A stretch of 15,186 bases of DNA from Hadesarchaea archaeon (GCA_030619825.1 JAUXAS010000015.1:1-15186); one strand, 5' to 3'. Shown: positions 1 to 10,648, counted from the first letter of the stretch. Program-made: numbers and translations. The notes: generated by a model from the sequence alone, not told the origin.

Positions 1-1008
1 CGAAACCTCTGCCGGGTCCGGAGAATTTCCATCTACTTGGTAAACACCTACTGATATCGGAAGGGTCCCCCCGACACTTACCCTTATCTGCGAGGGGTCA
101 TCCCTGTCGTACACAAACGCCAGGTGTTTCCCCCATCCCCCCAGTGGGTCAGTAATGTTTTCTAAGAACCAATTCCCAACTAGTTTTCCCGGCTGATCAA
201 AGTCTATTGTTCCACCCCTCGGTTCTGCCGTCCTACCGACCTTCTGGTAAAGAGACGCCTTCAGGTTATCCTCGAAGTAATCCAGCGGACAGACGGCATG
301 CGCGGCATAGCTATATTTCTCAGGATGAATAAAATTTAGCGTGACATTTTCGTCAATCGCCCACATATCAAGATCGCCCTGAACTCCCCCGCACCCAGCC
401 AATCTTCCAACTACATCTCCCGCGCTGACAGGTATTGGCGTTTCGATAGGGTTCCAACCAAGCTCCAACGTGCCCGCTTGTTCCAAGACCCAATTCTCTA
501 GCTCCGAAATGTGTCCAAACTTGCTCTTGAATGTACTCGTGTGAGTAATAGTTATGCTATAATCATTGTACTTGCCGGAGTAGCCACTTCCCTCGGGCCA
601 GTCATATTGAGAGTAGTAAATCTCTGTTATAGTTCCGTCCGCTGGGGCTTTCACTTGGTAGGGTGGAGGATAGGTCCATGGAGTTGTCAACTTGAAGTAT
701 ACGTGGTCGGTGGGGAAGGTGTGACCAGGTGGACTTAGACTTCCTAGTGGGTATATTTCATTGTAATCATTTTCGTTTAGCGGGAGACATGCAAGGGTAA
801 TTGGGCCCTCTACAGGCTCGGGATAATTATCTTCTTCGTCAGGCCCTACATCCGGCTGATTTTCATCTGCCCCTCCGTCCGGTCCACCTCCCTGGCGACC
901 ACCAGGCTCAGGCTGCCTCGCGATGAAAAAGTAGCCGACGCCTGCCGCAACTATAACTACTAAAACGACCGCCACAATCACTAGGGTAGCAATTCCTCTC
1001 TCGCTCAT
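1..1008 (-). CDS. Membrane-anchored/secreted protein with M23/LytM-like domain (partial, runs off left edge)
   Basis: Not in the ORF track; I translated it by hand from ATG at 1008, and it is open for 336 codons to position 1. It begins MSERGIATLVIVAVVLVVIVAAGVGYFFIAR (hydrophobic anchor), then an acidic Pro/Gly linker. It then carries GHTFPTDHVYF, VKAPADGTI, KFGHISEL, VSAGDVVGRL and CPLDYF, in the order of M23 motifs. Starts 15 bp after the kinase stop. Confidence 0.85.
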   Translation of the reverse strand, partial: MSERGIATLVIVAVVLVVIVAAGVGYFFIARQPEPGGRQGGGPDGGADENQPDVGPDEEDNYPEPVEGPITLACLPLNENDYNEIYPLGSLSPPGHTFPTDHVYFKLTTPWTYPPPYQVKAPADGTITEIYYSQYDWPEGSGYSGKYNDYSITITHTSTFKSKFGHISELENWVLEQAGTLELGWNPIETPIPVSAGDVVGRLAGCGGVQGDLDMWAIDENVTLNFIHPEKYSYAAHAVCPLDYFEDNLKASLYQKVGRTAEPRGGTIDFDQPGKLVGNWFLENITDPLGGWGKHLAFVYDRDDPSQIRVSVGGTLPISVGVYQVDGNSPDPAEVS

Positions 1009-1023
1009 TCAACCCCAAAAAGA

Positions 1024-1632
1024 CTATTTCCCCGCTATTTCAAGTTTTTGGACGACTTTTTGAAGCTCTCCTCGCAACTTTCCGAAATCATCCGAATCAT
1101 TCTTCACGATGAGCACAGGAACATCGACGTGCTTGGGTAATTCCTCGTGGTCATCTCGCGCATAGGTTTTTTCCATTTCCTCCCGGGAAACGAGGTGGGC
1201 GTCGAGCCCCTTTTCCCCCCTTACGCGACGGGCATTGCGTTCCCAGCAGAGGTCAAAAGGAGCGTCGATGTAGACGACTAGCGAGTTCTGCAAAATCTTT
1301 GGACTGAAGTGCTTAAACGCTCGAACGTAGTTGTCCCGCGAGAACTCTATGAAGAGAAGGTGATTGGGATCCCGTAATTTCAAAGCTTGCTCGTTGAGCG
1401 CCCGCGCGAGGTCGTCCCAAACTGTATCATCAGTAATTTTCACCCCTCCACCAGGGGCTGGGCGGTGCCGTTTGTACTCAACATCCGTGTCGAAGATGCG
1501 TTTCAAAAATGGAAAATCGTCGGCACGCTTGAGCTCGCCCTTATAGCCTCGCGCTCGAAGCTCTTCCTCGAGTATTCGATAGACGACCGACTTCCCGCAC
1601 CCTGGCCTGCCGATCAAAAAAACATTTGGCAA
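1024..1632 (-). CDS. P-loop kinase, nucleoside-monophosphate/small-molecule kinase-like fold, substrate unknown
   Basis: N-terminal Walker A (LIGRPGCGKS), hydrophobic strand LLFIEF, and YIDAPFDLCWERNARR lid motif. TTG start with GGTGA just upstream, overlapping the previous stop codon. Confidence 0.8.
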   Translation of the reverse strand: MPNVFLIGRPGCGKSVVYRILEEELRARGYKGELKRADDFPFLKRIFDTDVEYKRHRPAPGGGVKITDDTVWDDLARALNEQALKLRDPNHLLFIEFSRDNYVRAFKHFSPKILQNSLVVYIDAPFDLCWERNARRVRGEKGLDAHLVSREEMEKTYARDDHEELPKHVDVPVLIVKNDSDDFGKLRGELQKVVQKLEIAGK

Positions 1633-1636
1633 GGGT

Positions 1637-2662
1637 TCACCCGAAGATCGCCCTTAAAAATCCATTCTCACCCTGCATGATTTCATTGCGGCGCATCACC
1701 TGCTCATTTGTCCTGATCGCGGTCTCGACCACGATTAGCTCGGCGCCCTTATCCCTGACGAGCTGCGCGTAACGCACGAGATTCTCTCGCTTGAGCAGGC
1801 CCAAGCCCTCCTGCAGCGGCGGGTGAAAGATGCGCTTGCCCGGCACGTAGTCGTTCAGGTGCACTTCTTTGAACATGCCATCAGGGATTTCCTCGATGAT
1901 TTGTTCCGGCGGATTCGGCACCGGCTTACCAACATCCGCGCGGGTGAACCAGTGCCCGATATCGAAGTTGAAGTAGACCTTTACCCCATGCCTTCGAACC
2001 TCCTCAACTACGCTAGAAACTTCCTCGAGTTCGTAGAACACGTTGTCAAAAGCCGTGTTGTTCTCGAGGTGGAGCACAACTTCCCGAGCAGCCGCGAACT
2101 CGCCTAGCTCGAGCACGCTGTGGACCAAGTTAGCCCGAATTACGCCGAGGTACTTGCCACTCGCGTGGTAAAATGGCACTACCCCAGGATGAAGCACGCA
2201 GTATTCACAACCTATGCTGGAGGCGAACTCGAGGTAACGCTTGTGGAGCTTAACTGCCGCTTGACGGTCGATCTCATCGAGTGCGCAGACATTAGCACCG
2301 ACGTAGCTGTATGGCAGGTGAAGCGAGAGAGATATGCAGGCTCGCTCAGCCGCGCTTTTAGCTTCTTGCTTGGCTTCCCCGGTGAGGGTGAGGTAGGGGT
2401 TAGGCACCGCGCCATCTAGCTCTACGTGATCAAGACCCGTTGCCTTGGCCACTTGAACCTGTCGAGCGATATCTCCTTTCGCCGTGACCTGAACGGTCGC
2501 GTCCATGTCCGCGACGCTTAGCTCACCGGCCTCGAGCCTGCGCTTGTCATCCTCCCCCAGGTACTCGAAGTAGAGGAGGTTCGTGAAGTTCCTACCTAGC
2601 CGCATTTGACCACGAAGTTGTTCTGGACTGCAAGGTAAAAACCTATCTCGTTTCCCTACCAA
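1637..2662 (-). CDS. Sugar-phosphate isomerase/epimerase family TIM-barrel protein (xylose isomerase-like / AP endonuclease 2 fold)
   Basis: Motifs SLHLPY, VLHPG, LHLENN, FDIGH, EVHLND, H-x-P-x-x-x-G and VVE match the family's metal-binding pattern. The start is uncertain: TTG 2662 overlaps the ilvE end, and a downstream ATG gives MRLGRNF. Confidence 0.8.
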   Translation of the reverse strand: MVGKRDRFLPCSPEQLRGQMRLGRNFTNLLYFEYLGEDDKRRLEAGELSVADMDATVQVTAKGDIARQVQVAKATGLDHVELDGAVPNPYLTLTGEAKQEAKSAAERACISLSLHLPYSYVGANVCALDEIDRQAAVKLHKRYLEFASSIGCEYCVLHPGVVPFYHASGKYLGVIRANLVHSVLELGEFAAAREVVLHLENNTAFDNVFYELEEVSSVVEEVRRHGVKVYFNFDIGHWFTRADVGKPVPNPPEQIIEEIPDGMFKEVHLNDYVPGKRIFHPPLQEGLGLLKRENLVRYAQLVRDKGAELIVVETAIRTNEQVMRRNEIMQGENGFLRAIFG

Positions 2663-3587
2663 CGTAGTCTAGCCAAGACTCGTACTTCGGCTCCTTCCCG
2701 CGAACCACGTTGAAAAATACACGCTGAAGCTTCTCCGTGACATTCCCGCGCTTCCCGCCCCCTATGGACTTGCCGTCGACCTCCCGAATCGGCGTCACCT
2801 CGGCCGCGGTGCCGGTGAAGAAGGCCTCATTGGCCGCGTAGAGTTGCTCCCGCGAGATGTCCCGCTCCTCGAAGCTTATTTTTTCATCCTTGGCGATTTT
2901 TATTATCGAGTCCCGGGTGATGCCCCCGAGTGCACCGGAGGAGAGCGGCGGTGTCACGAGCTTGCCTTTTTCCACGATAAAGAGGTTCTCCCCTGGACCC
3001 TCCGCGATGAACCCCTCCATGTTCAGGAGGATGGCCTCGTCGTAGCCGGAGTTGAGCGCGTCCACCTTCGCGAGGATCGAGTTAGCGTAGTTCGCCACCA
3101 CCTTCGCTTGGGGCGGAAGGATGCGAGGATGAATTCGAAGCCAAGGGGAGATCTTCGCCCGGATTCCACGCTCGAGGCCCTCCTCACCCAAGTAAGTGCC
3201 CCAAGGCCAGACCGCTATCGCCACGTTTACCTTTGACCCCTTCGGGTTCAGCCCCATCACGCCGTAGCCGTAGAAGGCGATTGGGCGGATGTAGCACTCC
3301 TCGATCTCGTTCGACTTTATCGTTTCCTTAGTCGCTTGCACGAGCTCATCAACTGAGTGAGGGAGTTTCATTCCCACGAGCTTCGCCGAGTCCTCGAGCC
3401 GCTTGATGTGATCTTTGAGTCTGAAAACCGCTGGGCCCTTCTCAGTTTTGTAGCAGCGGATACCCTCGAAGACACCCAGACCATAGTGAAGGGTATGGGT
3501 GAGCACGTGCACGTTTGCTTTTTCCCACGGGACGAGCTCTCCGTCCATCCAGATGAACTTTGTTGGTGTTAGTCCCATATACATCAC
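2643..3587 (-). CDS. ilvE: Branched-chain amino acid aminotransferase (PLP fold IV)
   Basis: [18 protein letters not shown], catalytic Lys in [34 protein letters not shown]. The true start may be ATG 3584 or 3578. Confidence 0.95.
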   Translation of the reverse strand: MMYMGLTPTKFIWMDGELVPWEKANVHVLTHTLHYGLGVFEGIRCYKTEKGPAVFRLKDHIKRLEDSAKLVGMKLPHSVDELVQATKETIKSNEIEECYIRPIAFYGYGVMGLNPKGSKVNVAIAVWPWGTYLGEEGLERGIRAKISPWLRIHPRILPPQAKVVANYANSILAKVDALNSGYDEAILLNMEGFIAEGPGENLFIVEKGKLVTPPLSSGALGGITRDSIIKIAKDEKISFEERDISREQLYAANEAFFTGTAAEVTPIREVDGKSIGGGKRGNVTEKLQRVFFNVVRGKEPKYESWLDYVGRETR

Positions 3588-3602
3588 AACACGATTTTCC
3601 CG

Positions 3603-4949
3603 CTACTTTATAACGATATCCAAATTTCCCTCTTTAACTTGGGCCGATTTTTTCCAATTGATCATTCTTCGAATAACCTCAGCATTCGTCAGGATTGCGA
3701 GGATTGCTAGCGTTACAAATACTTGGTTCAAAAGTGCCCCTAGCATTATTATGAAAAGGCGCACATCTCGCGTGGCTGGAATACTCCTCCCCACAGGGAT
3801 GGGTGATGCGAACGCGCTTTCATAGCGAGCCCTCGTGTAGCTTATCCCGAGTGAGCCCATTAGCGCCGCGAGCCCAACAAACCATAAGAGCCCGTCGCCA
3901 ACGATATGCCAGTAGCCATAGGTGAGGCAGGCGATAAGTAGCGCATCAACGTAGCGGTCGAGGACCGAGTCAAGCAGGGCCCCGTAGCGCGAGCGAAGGA
4001 ATTTTAACTTCGCTATTTCACCATCGCAACCATCTAATATTGAAACCAGCTGGACGATCAGCCCTCCGAGCGCGATAAATAGGTATTCCCCGGATAAGAA
4101 TAAGGACGCCGCGAGCACGCCGATGAAAAAAACCATCCAAGATATAGCGTTGGGCGAAATGTTTCGATTCACGAGACGACTTGAGATGCGCGTGGAGATT
4201 TTCCGGTTCAAGAGCCTCGACACGACACCGTCATCCCTGCTCGTAAGAGATTTGAGCATTCGTTTTTTCGCTTCATTTAGGTTCCTAGGCGTGTCGATGT
4301 CGAACCAGAAGGAGCTGCTTATGTCGAAGGCCTTAGCTCTATCCCGCTTGGCAAGCAGCGCAATCGCTTGGAAGAGCTCATCTCGTCCATTCGCAATGCT
4401 TTTTTCAATTGCGTCGAAGATCTCTCCCGTGCAAAGAAATATGCCACAATCCACGGCGTTAAATTTTCCAATGTCCTTCCCGATCGCTCGGATGTGGCTA
4501 TCCTCTACGAGCACCTTCATCGCTTCCGGCAAATCAAAAATCTTCGACAAATTTTTTTCAGTGCAGACGAGGCAGCCCCCCGAGAACTCCGTTTCCGATA
4601 AAAGTTTTAGAATATTTGAATCGAAGAGGTGATCCCCCATCAAGAGGAAAAATCGTTCATGTTCGAGCTTATCCTTTGCAGCGAGAACCGAGTGCCCATT
4701 TCCTTTCTCCCATTGCTCGTTTTTGATATAGTTGATGTGCACGCCGAAACGAGTTCCATCACCGAGTGCGGTAACTACCTCGTCACCGCGGTGGCCAATA
4801 ACGATATAAAACTCCTTGACGCCAGCCTCGCGGGTTGAAAGGATCACTCGCTCAAGGAGGGAGAAGCCTAAAAAGCGCTCGAGGACTTTTGTGCTGTTAA
4901 CCAGTTCCAGCCTTTCCCCTTTTCCAGCCGCTATGATTAGCGCTTTCAT
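3603..4949 (-). CDS. Bifunctional NTP-transferase / CDP-alcohol phosphotransferase (IPCT/DIPPS-like; di-myo-inositol-phosphate-type solute synthesis)
   Basis: N-terminal nucleotidyltransferase domain (MKALIIAAGKGERL, GNGHS, LMGDH, VDCGIF, WFDIDTP). It is fused to a membrane domain with the CDP-alcohol signature DGCDGEIAK-x7-GALLDSVLDRYVD and an RDVRLF motif. Start placed at ATG 4949 rather than the TTG at 4961. Confidence 0.88.
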   Translation of the reverse strand: MKALIIAAGKGERLELVNSTKVLERFLGFSLLERVILSTREAGVKEFYIVIGHRGDEVVTALGDGTRFGVHINYIKNEQWEKGNGHSVLAAKDKLEHERFFLLMGDHLFDSNILKLLSETEFSGGCLVCTEKNLSKIFDLPEAMKVLVEDSHIRAIGKDIGKFNAVDCGIFLCTGEIFDAIEKSIANGRDELFQAIALLAKRDRAKAFDISSSFWFDIDTPRNLNEAKKRMLKSLTSRDDGVVSRLLNRKISTRISSRLVNRNISPNAISWMVFFIGVLAASLFLSGEYLFIALGGLIVQLVSILDGCDGEIAKLKFLRSRYGALLDSVLDRYVDALLIACLTYGYWHIVGDGLLWFVGLAALMGSLGISYTRARYESAFASPIPVGRSIPATRDVRLFIIMLGALLNQVFVTLAILAILTNAEVIRRMINWKKSAQVKEGNLDIVIK

Positions 4950-5004
4950 TTCATCCCCCAAAAATCCTGAGAAGGTGGAATTCGTGAGTTGCGAATCTTT
5001 CCTG

Positions 5005-6078
5005 TTATCCTAATACTTCACCTAAGACCTGAAGCATCTCGTCCACATCCTCGAGGCGGATATATCCCATGTTCCCTATCCTGAAGGTCCGGTCTTTTAG
5101 CTTCCCGTATCCCTTCGCCAGCTCAAAGCCGCGCTCGCGCATCCGCTCGTACACTTCAGGCCCGCTTATCCCCTCAGGGGCGTTCACGCAGGCCACGGTC
5201 GGGCTCTCGTACCTTCGCTCGGGAAAGAGGGCAAGATCCAGGGCCTCGATTCCCTCCTTAATCCTCCGCATCCGCTCCGAGTAGAACTCGAAGCGTTTTT
5301 GCTTGCCACCTTCGGCATCGATCAGCTCCAGCTCTTTTTTCAAGGCGAGAATTTGTGAGATAGGTGGGGTCATGTGAGTGCTGCTCTCCCCCTCCTGGTA
5401 CTTCTCGTATAATTTGAAATCGAAATACCATCCCTTGTTCCTAGCCCGCTCCGATCGCTCGAGAGCACCCTCGCTCAGGCTCGCCACAGCCAACCCTGGT
5501 GGAATCCCGAAGCACTTCTGCGAACTTGCAAAGCAGACATCTATTTTCCACTTGTCGACCTTGAGCTCGACCCCACCCATCGCACTCACCGCGTCGACGA
5601 AGAGGGACTTCCCGTGCTCCTTGACGATCTTGGCAAGCTCCGGGAGCGGATTCAGAAGGCCCACGCTCGTTTCATTATAGGTTATGGCAACGGCCTCGAC
5701 ATCAGGGGCCGAGGAAAGCTTCTCATCAAGGAGTTCCGGGGTCGTAGGGTGGCCCAACTCTGGCTCAAGTCGCTCGACAATTTTTCCGTTTGACTCTCCC
5801 ACCTCAGCGTACCGCTTTCCGAACGCCCCGTTGATGCAGCACAGCATCTTCCGCTCGACACAGTTCCTGATCGTGCCTTCCATCACGCCAGATCCAGAGC
5901 TCGGGAAGAGGAAGACCTTGTTTTTGGTTTCGAGGAACTCTCGGAGTCTTCGGACGGTCTCCCGATGCAATTCTCTGTATTCCTCACTGCGGTGGCTGAA
6001 CATCTGGCGCTTCATCTCTTCCAGAACCTCAGGTCGGCAAGCGACTGGACCCACCGTGAAGAGTTTCATGACCATCAA
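5005..6078 (-). CDS. Class V PLP aminotransferase (alanine-glyoxylate / serine-pyruvate / archaeal phosphoserine aminotransferase family)
   Basis: LFTVGP, SHRS, NETSVG, VDAVSAMG, SSQKCFGIPPG (PLP Lys), TPP, FRIGNMG. The start is more likely ATG 6075 or 6069. Confidence 0.92.
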   Translation of the reverse strand: MMVMKLFTVGPVACRPEVLEEMKRQMFSHRSEEYRELHRETVRRLREFLETKNKVFLFPSSGSGVMEGTIRNCVERKMLCCINGAFGKRYAEVGESNGKIVERLEPELGHPTTPELLDEKLSSAPDVEAVAITYNETSVGLLNPLPELAKIVKEHGKSLFVDAVSAMGGVELKVDKWKIDVCFASSQKCFGIPPGLAVASLSEGALERSERARNKGWYFDFKLYEKYQEGESSTHMTPPISQILALKKELELIDAEGGKQKRFEFYSERMRRIKEGIEALDLALFPERRYESPTVACVNAPEGISGPEVYERMRERGFELAKGYGKLKDRTFRIGNMGYIRLEDVDEMLQVLGEVLG

Positions 6079-6298
6079 CCATCTCGCATTGAGCTCGCGA
6101 TGTAAAATAACTTGCCCTCAGAGTGACCAAGCTAATTTGTACCGCAGCAAGATGTTTTAAACGATTTCGATGGTTTTGACGTGTACAACAACGCGAGAGA
6201 GAATTGTGTCCACTTTTTCTTTGTTGATTATTCACACATCGGTTGGTCTAAAAAAGTTGTCGATGCGATTGCGGAACTTTTGCCTCCCCAAAACTTCC

Positions 6299-7600
6299 CT
6301 ACCAGCACCGAGTCCTGCTTGGTTCAGGCTTTTTCATAAACTGGGCCAAAAGTTTTATCGGGCAATACCGCCCACACATCGAGCAAGGTTCTTCCTTGCT
6401 CAGGCCCCCTCGATGAAGCCTCCTCGCTTTCTCCGGGTCTATCGCCAGTTTAAACTGTTTTTCCCAATTTAATGATGCCCGCGCTTTTGCCATTTCTGAA
6501 TCCAGTCTTGAAGCTTGTTCACCAAGTTTAACAATGTCCGCAGCGTGAGCCGCAATTCTTGCCGCGATTACTCCCTCCTTGACATCGTCCACCGTGGGAA
6601 GCGCCAGATGCTCAGATGGTGTCACTACACACAGAAAATCTGCGCCAAATGCTGCAGAGAGGGCGCCGCCTATCCCTGAAGTTACATTATCATACCCCGG
6701 GGCGATGTCGGTGACGATTGGGCCTAAAACATAAAATGGAGCCCCCTTACATATCTCCTTCTCGATCCTGACGTTGACCTCGATGTGGTCCAGCGGCAAG
6801 TGCCCAGGTCCCTCGACCATCACTTGCACATCTTTGGCCCAGGCCCGCTCGACGAGTTCGCCGAGCGTGAGCAACTCCTGAAACTGGGCCACATCTGAGG
6901 CATCTGCAAGGCATCCCGGGCGCATCCCATCGCCGAGGCTGAGCGTGAGGTCGAACTCCCGAGCCAGCTCGAGCAGATAGTCGAACTCCTTGTAAAGTGG
7001 ATTTTCCTCGTCGTTGTGAATTATCCAAGCCGCGAGGAATGAACCACCACGACTCACGACTTCAAGCAGCCTGCCGCTTCGCCTCAGAGCTTCAATCGCA
7101 ACTTTGGTAACGCCGCAGTGCACGGTAACGAAATCGACGCCATCTTCGGCATGCCTTCGGATAGCGTTAAAAATATCGTCCGAGCTCATGCCCACTATAT
7201 CGCCTCGCTTGGACACCTCGATACCGGCCTGGTAAATCGGCACGGTCCCCACAGGCACGTTCACGGCGCGGAGGATTCGCCTTCTGGCATCATCGATGTC
7301 ACCGCCTATGCTGAGGTCCATCACCGTGTCGGCCCCATACCTGACCGCGATTTTTGCCTTCTCGATCTCCTCATCGATGTTTGCGTAGTCGGGCGAGGTA
7401 CCGATGTTGGCGTTTATTTTCGTTCGCAACCCCTCGCCTATGCCTTGAACGCTGACATTTTCGCGTCCCACGTTGCGGGGGATGATCAATCTGCCCGCCG
7501 CTATCCCCCGTAATAAAAATTCGACAGGCTTTCCCTCGGCTTTCGCGACCGCATCCATCTCAGGCGTCACCATGCCGCGCTTGGCCTCCGTCATTTGCAT
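6299..7600 (-). CDS. thiC: Phosphomethylpyrimidine (HMP-P) synthase, short archaeal/anaerobe form
   Basis: TKINANIGTS, GADTVMDLS, GTVPIYQ, VSRGGS, SLGDGMRPG, MVEGPGH, PFYVLGP, TPSEHL, and C-terminal Fe-S motif CSMCGRYC. BzaA/B/F paralogy cannot be formally excluded by eye. Confidence 0.9.
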   Translation of the reverse strand: MQMTEAKRGMVTPEMDAVAKAEGKPVEFLLRGIAAGRLIIPRNVGRENVSVQGIGEGLRTKINANIGTSPDYANIDEEIEKAKIAVRYGADTVMDLSIGGDIDDARRRILRAVNVPVGTVPIYQAGIEVSKRGDIVGMSSDDIFNAIRRHAEDGVDFVTVHCGVTKVAIEALRRSGRLLEVVSRGGSFLAAWIIHNDEENPLYKEFDYLLELAREFDLTLSLGDGMRPGCLADASDVAQFQELLTLGELVERAWAKDVQVMVEGPGHLPLDHIEVNVRIEKEICKGAPFYVLGPIVTDIAPGYDNVTSGIGGALSAAFGADFLCVVTPSEHLALPTVDDVKEGVIAARIAAHAADIVKLGEQASRLDSEMAKARASLNWEKQFKLAIDPEKARRLHRGGLSKEEPCSMCGRYCPIKLLAQFMKKPEPSRTRCW

Positions 7601-7680
7601 AATTGTGGCCTCGATACAAGGTGCTTACCTAAGTTGAAAAGGCTTTCATTTTTTAAGTTCGGAGGTTTAGTCATAAAACT

Positions 7681-7687
7681 GGAGGTG
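7681..7687 (+). promoter_or_regulatory. Shine-Dalgarno site for the ATP-cone gene
   Basis: GGAGGTG, 5 nt upstream of ATG 7693. Confidence 0.75.
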
Positions 7688-7692
7688 GCCGA

Positions 7693-7941
7693 ATGGCAAT
7701 TCAAGTAGTTAAAAAGGATGGTAAGACCGAACCCTTTCAGCGCCAGAAAATAGTCAATGCGTGTACAGCCGTGGGGGCCCCCGCAGATGTCGCGGCAAGT
7801 ATCGCGGACGAGATCGAAAAGTCGGCTCGTGACCAGATGCCGACTAGCGAAATCCGAGCAATGGTCCTAGACCGGCTTGGCAAGATAAAGCAGGATTGGG
7901 CAAAAAACTGGGCGCAGCACGAGCAGACTAAAGGGAAGTAG
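7693..7941 (+). CDS. Stand-alone ATP-cone domain protein
   Basis: VVKKDGKTEPFQRQKIVNAC matches the ATP-cone signature (V-x-K-R/K-D-G-x-x-E-x-F-x-x-x-K-I), followed by the PTSEIRAMV helix. 82 aa with a strong SD and no other domain. Confidence 0.88.
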   Translation: MAIQVVKKDGKTEPFQRQKIVNACTAVGAPADVAASIADEIEKSARDQMPTSEIRAMVLDRLGKIKQDWAKNWAQHEQTKGK

Positions 7942-8075
7942 TTCCTTCTCCCTGCGCCAAATTGCAGCAGGCGATGGGGTGGCATGAGGTCCAGCGTTAT
8001 TGCCATCCCCACCTATTTCTGGGTGCTCGAGTTGGCGAAAAACATGGGCAACTTGGCCAACGAACTAAAGGTTAA

Positions 8076-10559
<2,484 letters not shown>

Positions 10560-10594
10560 TTTGCTTCACCAATTAAAGATGGCCAAACCTTGGA

Positions 10595-10648
10595 TTTAAA
10601 TTAAGTTTCATATAAGAAACATAATTTATTAAGTTTCAAAAACGATAC
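10595..10648. promoter_or_regulatory. Divergent promoter pair with two candidate operator palindromes
   Basis: GTTTC-ATATAA-GAAAC at 10605-10620 is flanked by TATA-like TTTAAA (10595-10600) and TTTATTAA (10625-10632). A second, degenerate site GTTTC-AAAAAC-GATAC lies at 10633-10648. Confidence 0.7.

Noticed and set aside
511..738. 75-aa plus-strand ORF
   Set aside because: Antisense shadow of the 1-1008 minus-strand gene.
3603..6078. Possible phosphonate cluster (class V transaminase, cytidylyltransferase, CDP-alcohol transferase)
   Set aside because: No PEP mutase or phosphonopyruvate decarboxylase in the window, and the fusion looks like IPCT/DIPPS.
6079..6298. 220-bp gap between thiC and the aminotransferase, with short ORFs 6029-6235 and 6170-6472
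   Set aside because: The ORFs overlap real genes and have no recognisable motifs. I saw no convincing tRNA, riboswitch or repeat. It is probably terminator plus promoter sequence.
1364..7513. Many plus-strand and alternate-frame ORFs of 60-170 aa (for example 4123-4632, 5684-6160, 7118-7513)
   Set aside because: Antisense or out-of-frame shadows of well-supported genes, with Ser/Arg-rich non-protein-like composition.
7970..8015. GGCGATGGGGT resembles the start of a fluoride riboswitch
   Set aside because: It lacks the complementary CGCC strand and the downstream CTGATG pseudoknot segment at the right spacing, and the adjacent gene is not fluoride-related.
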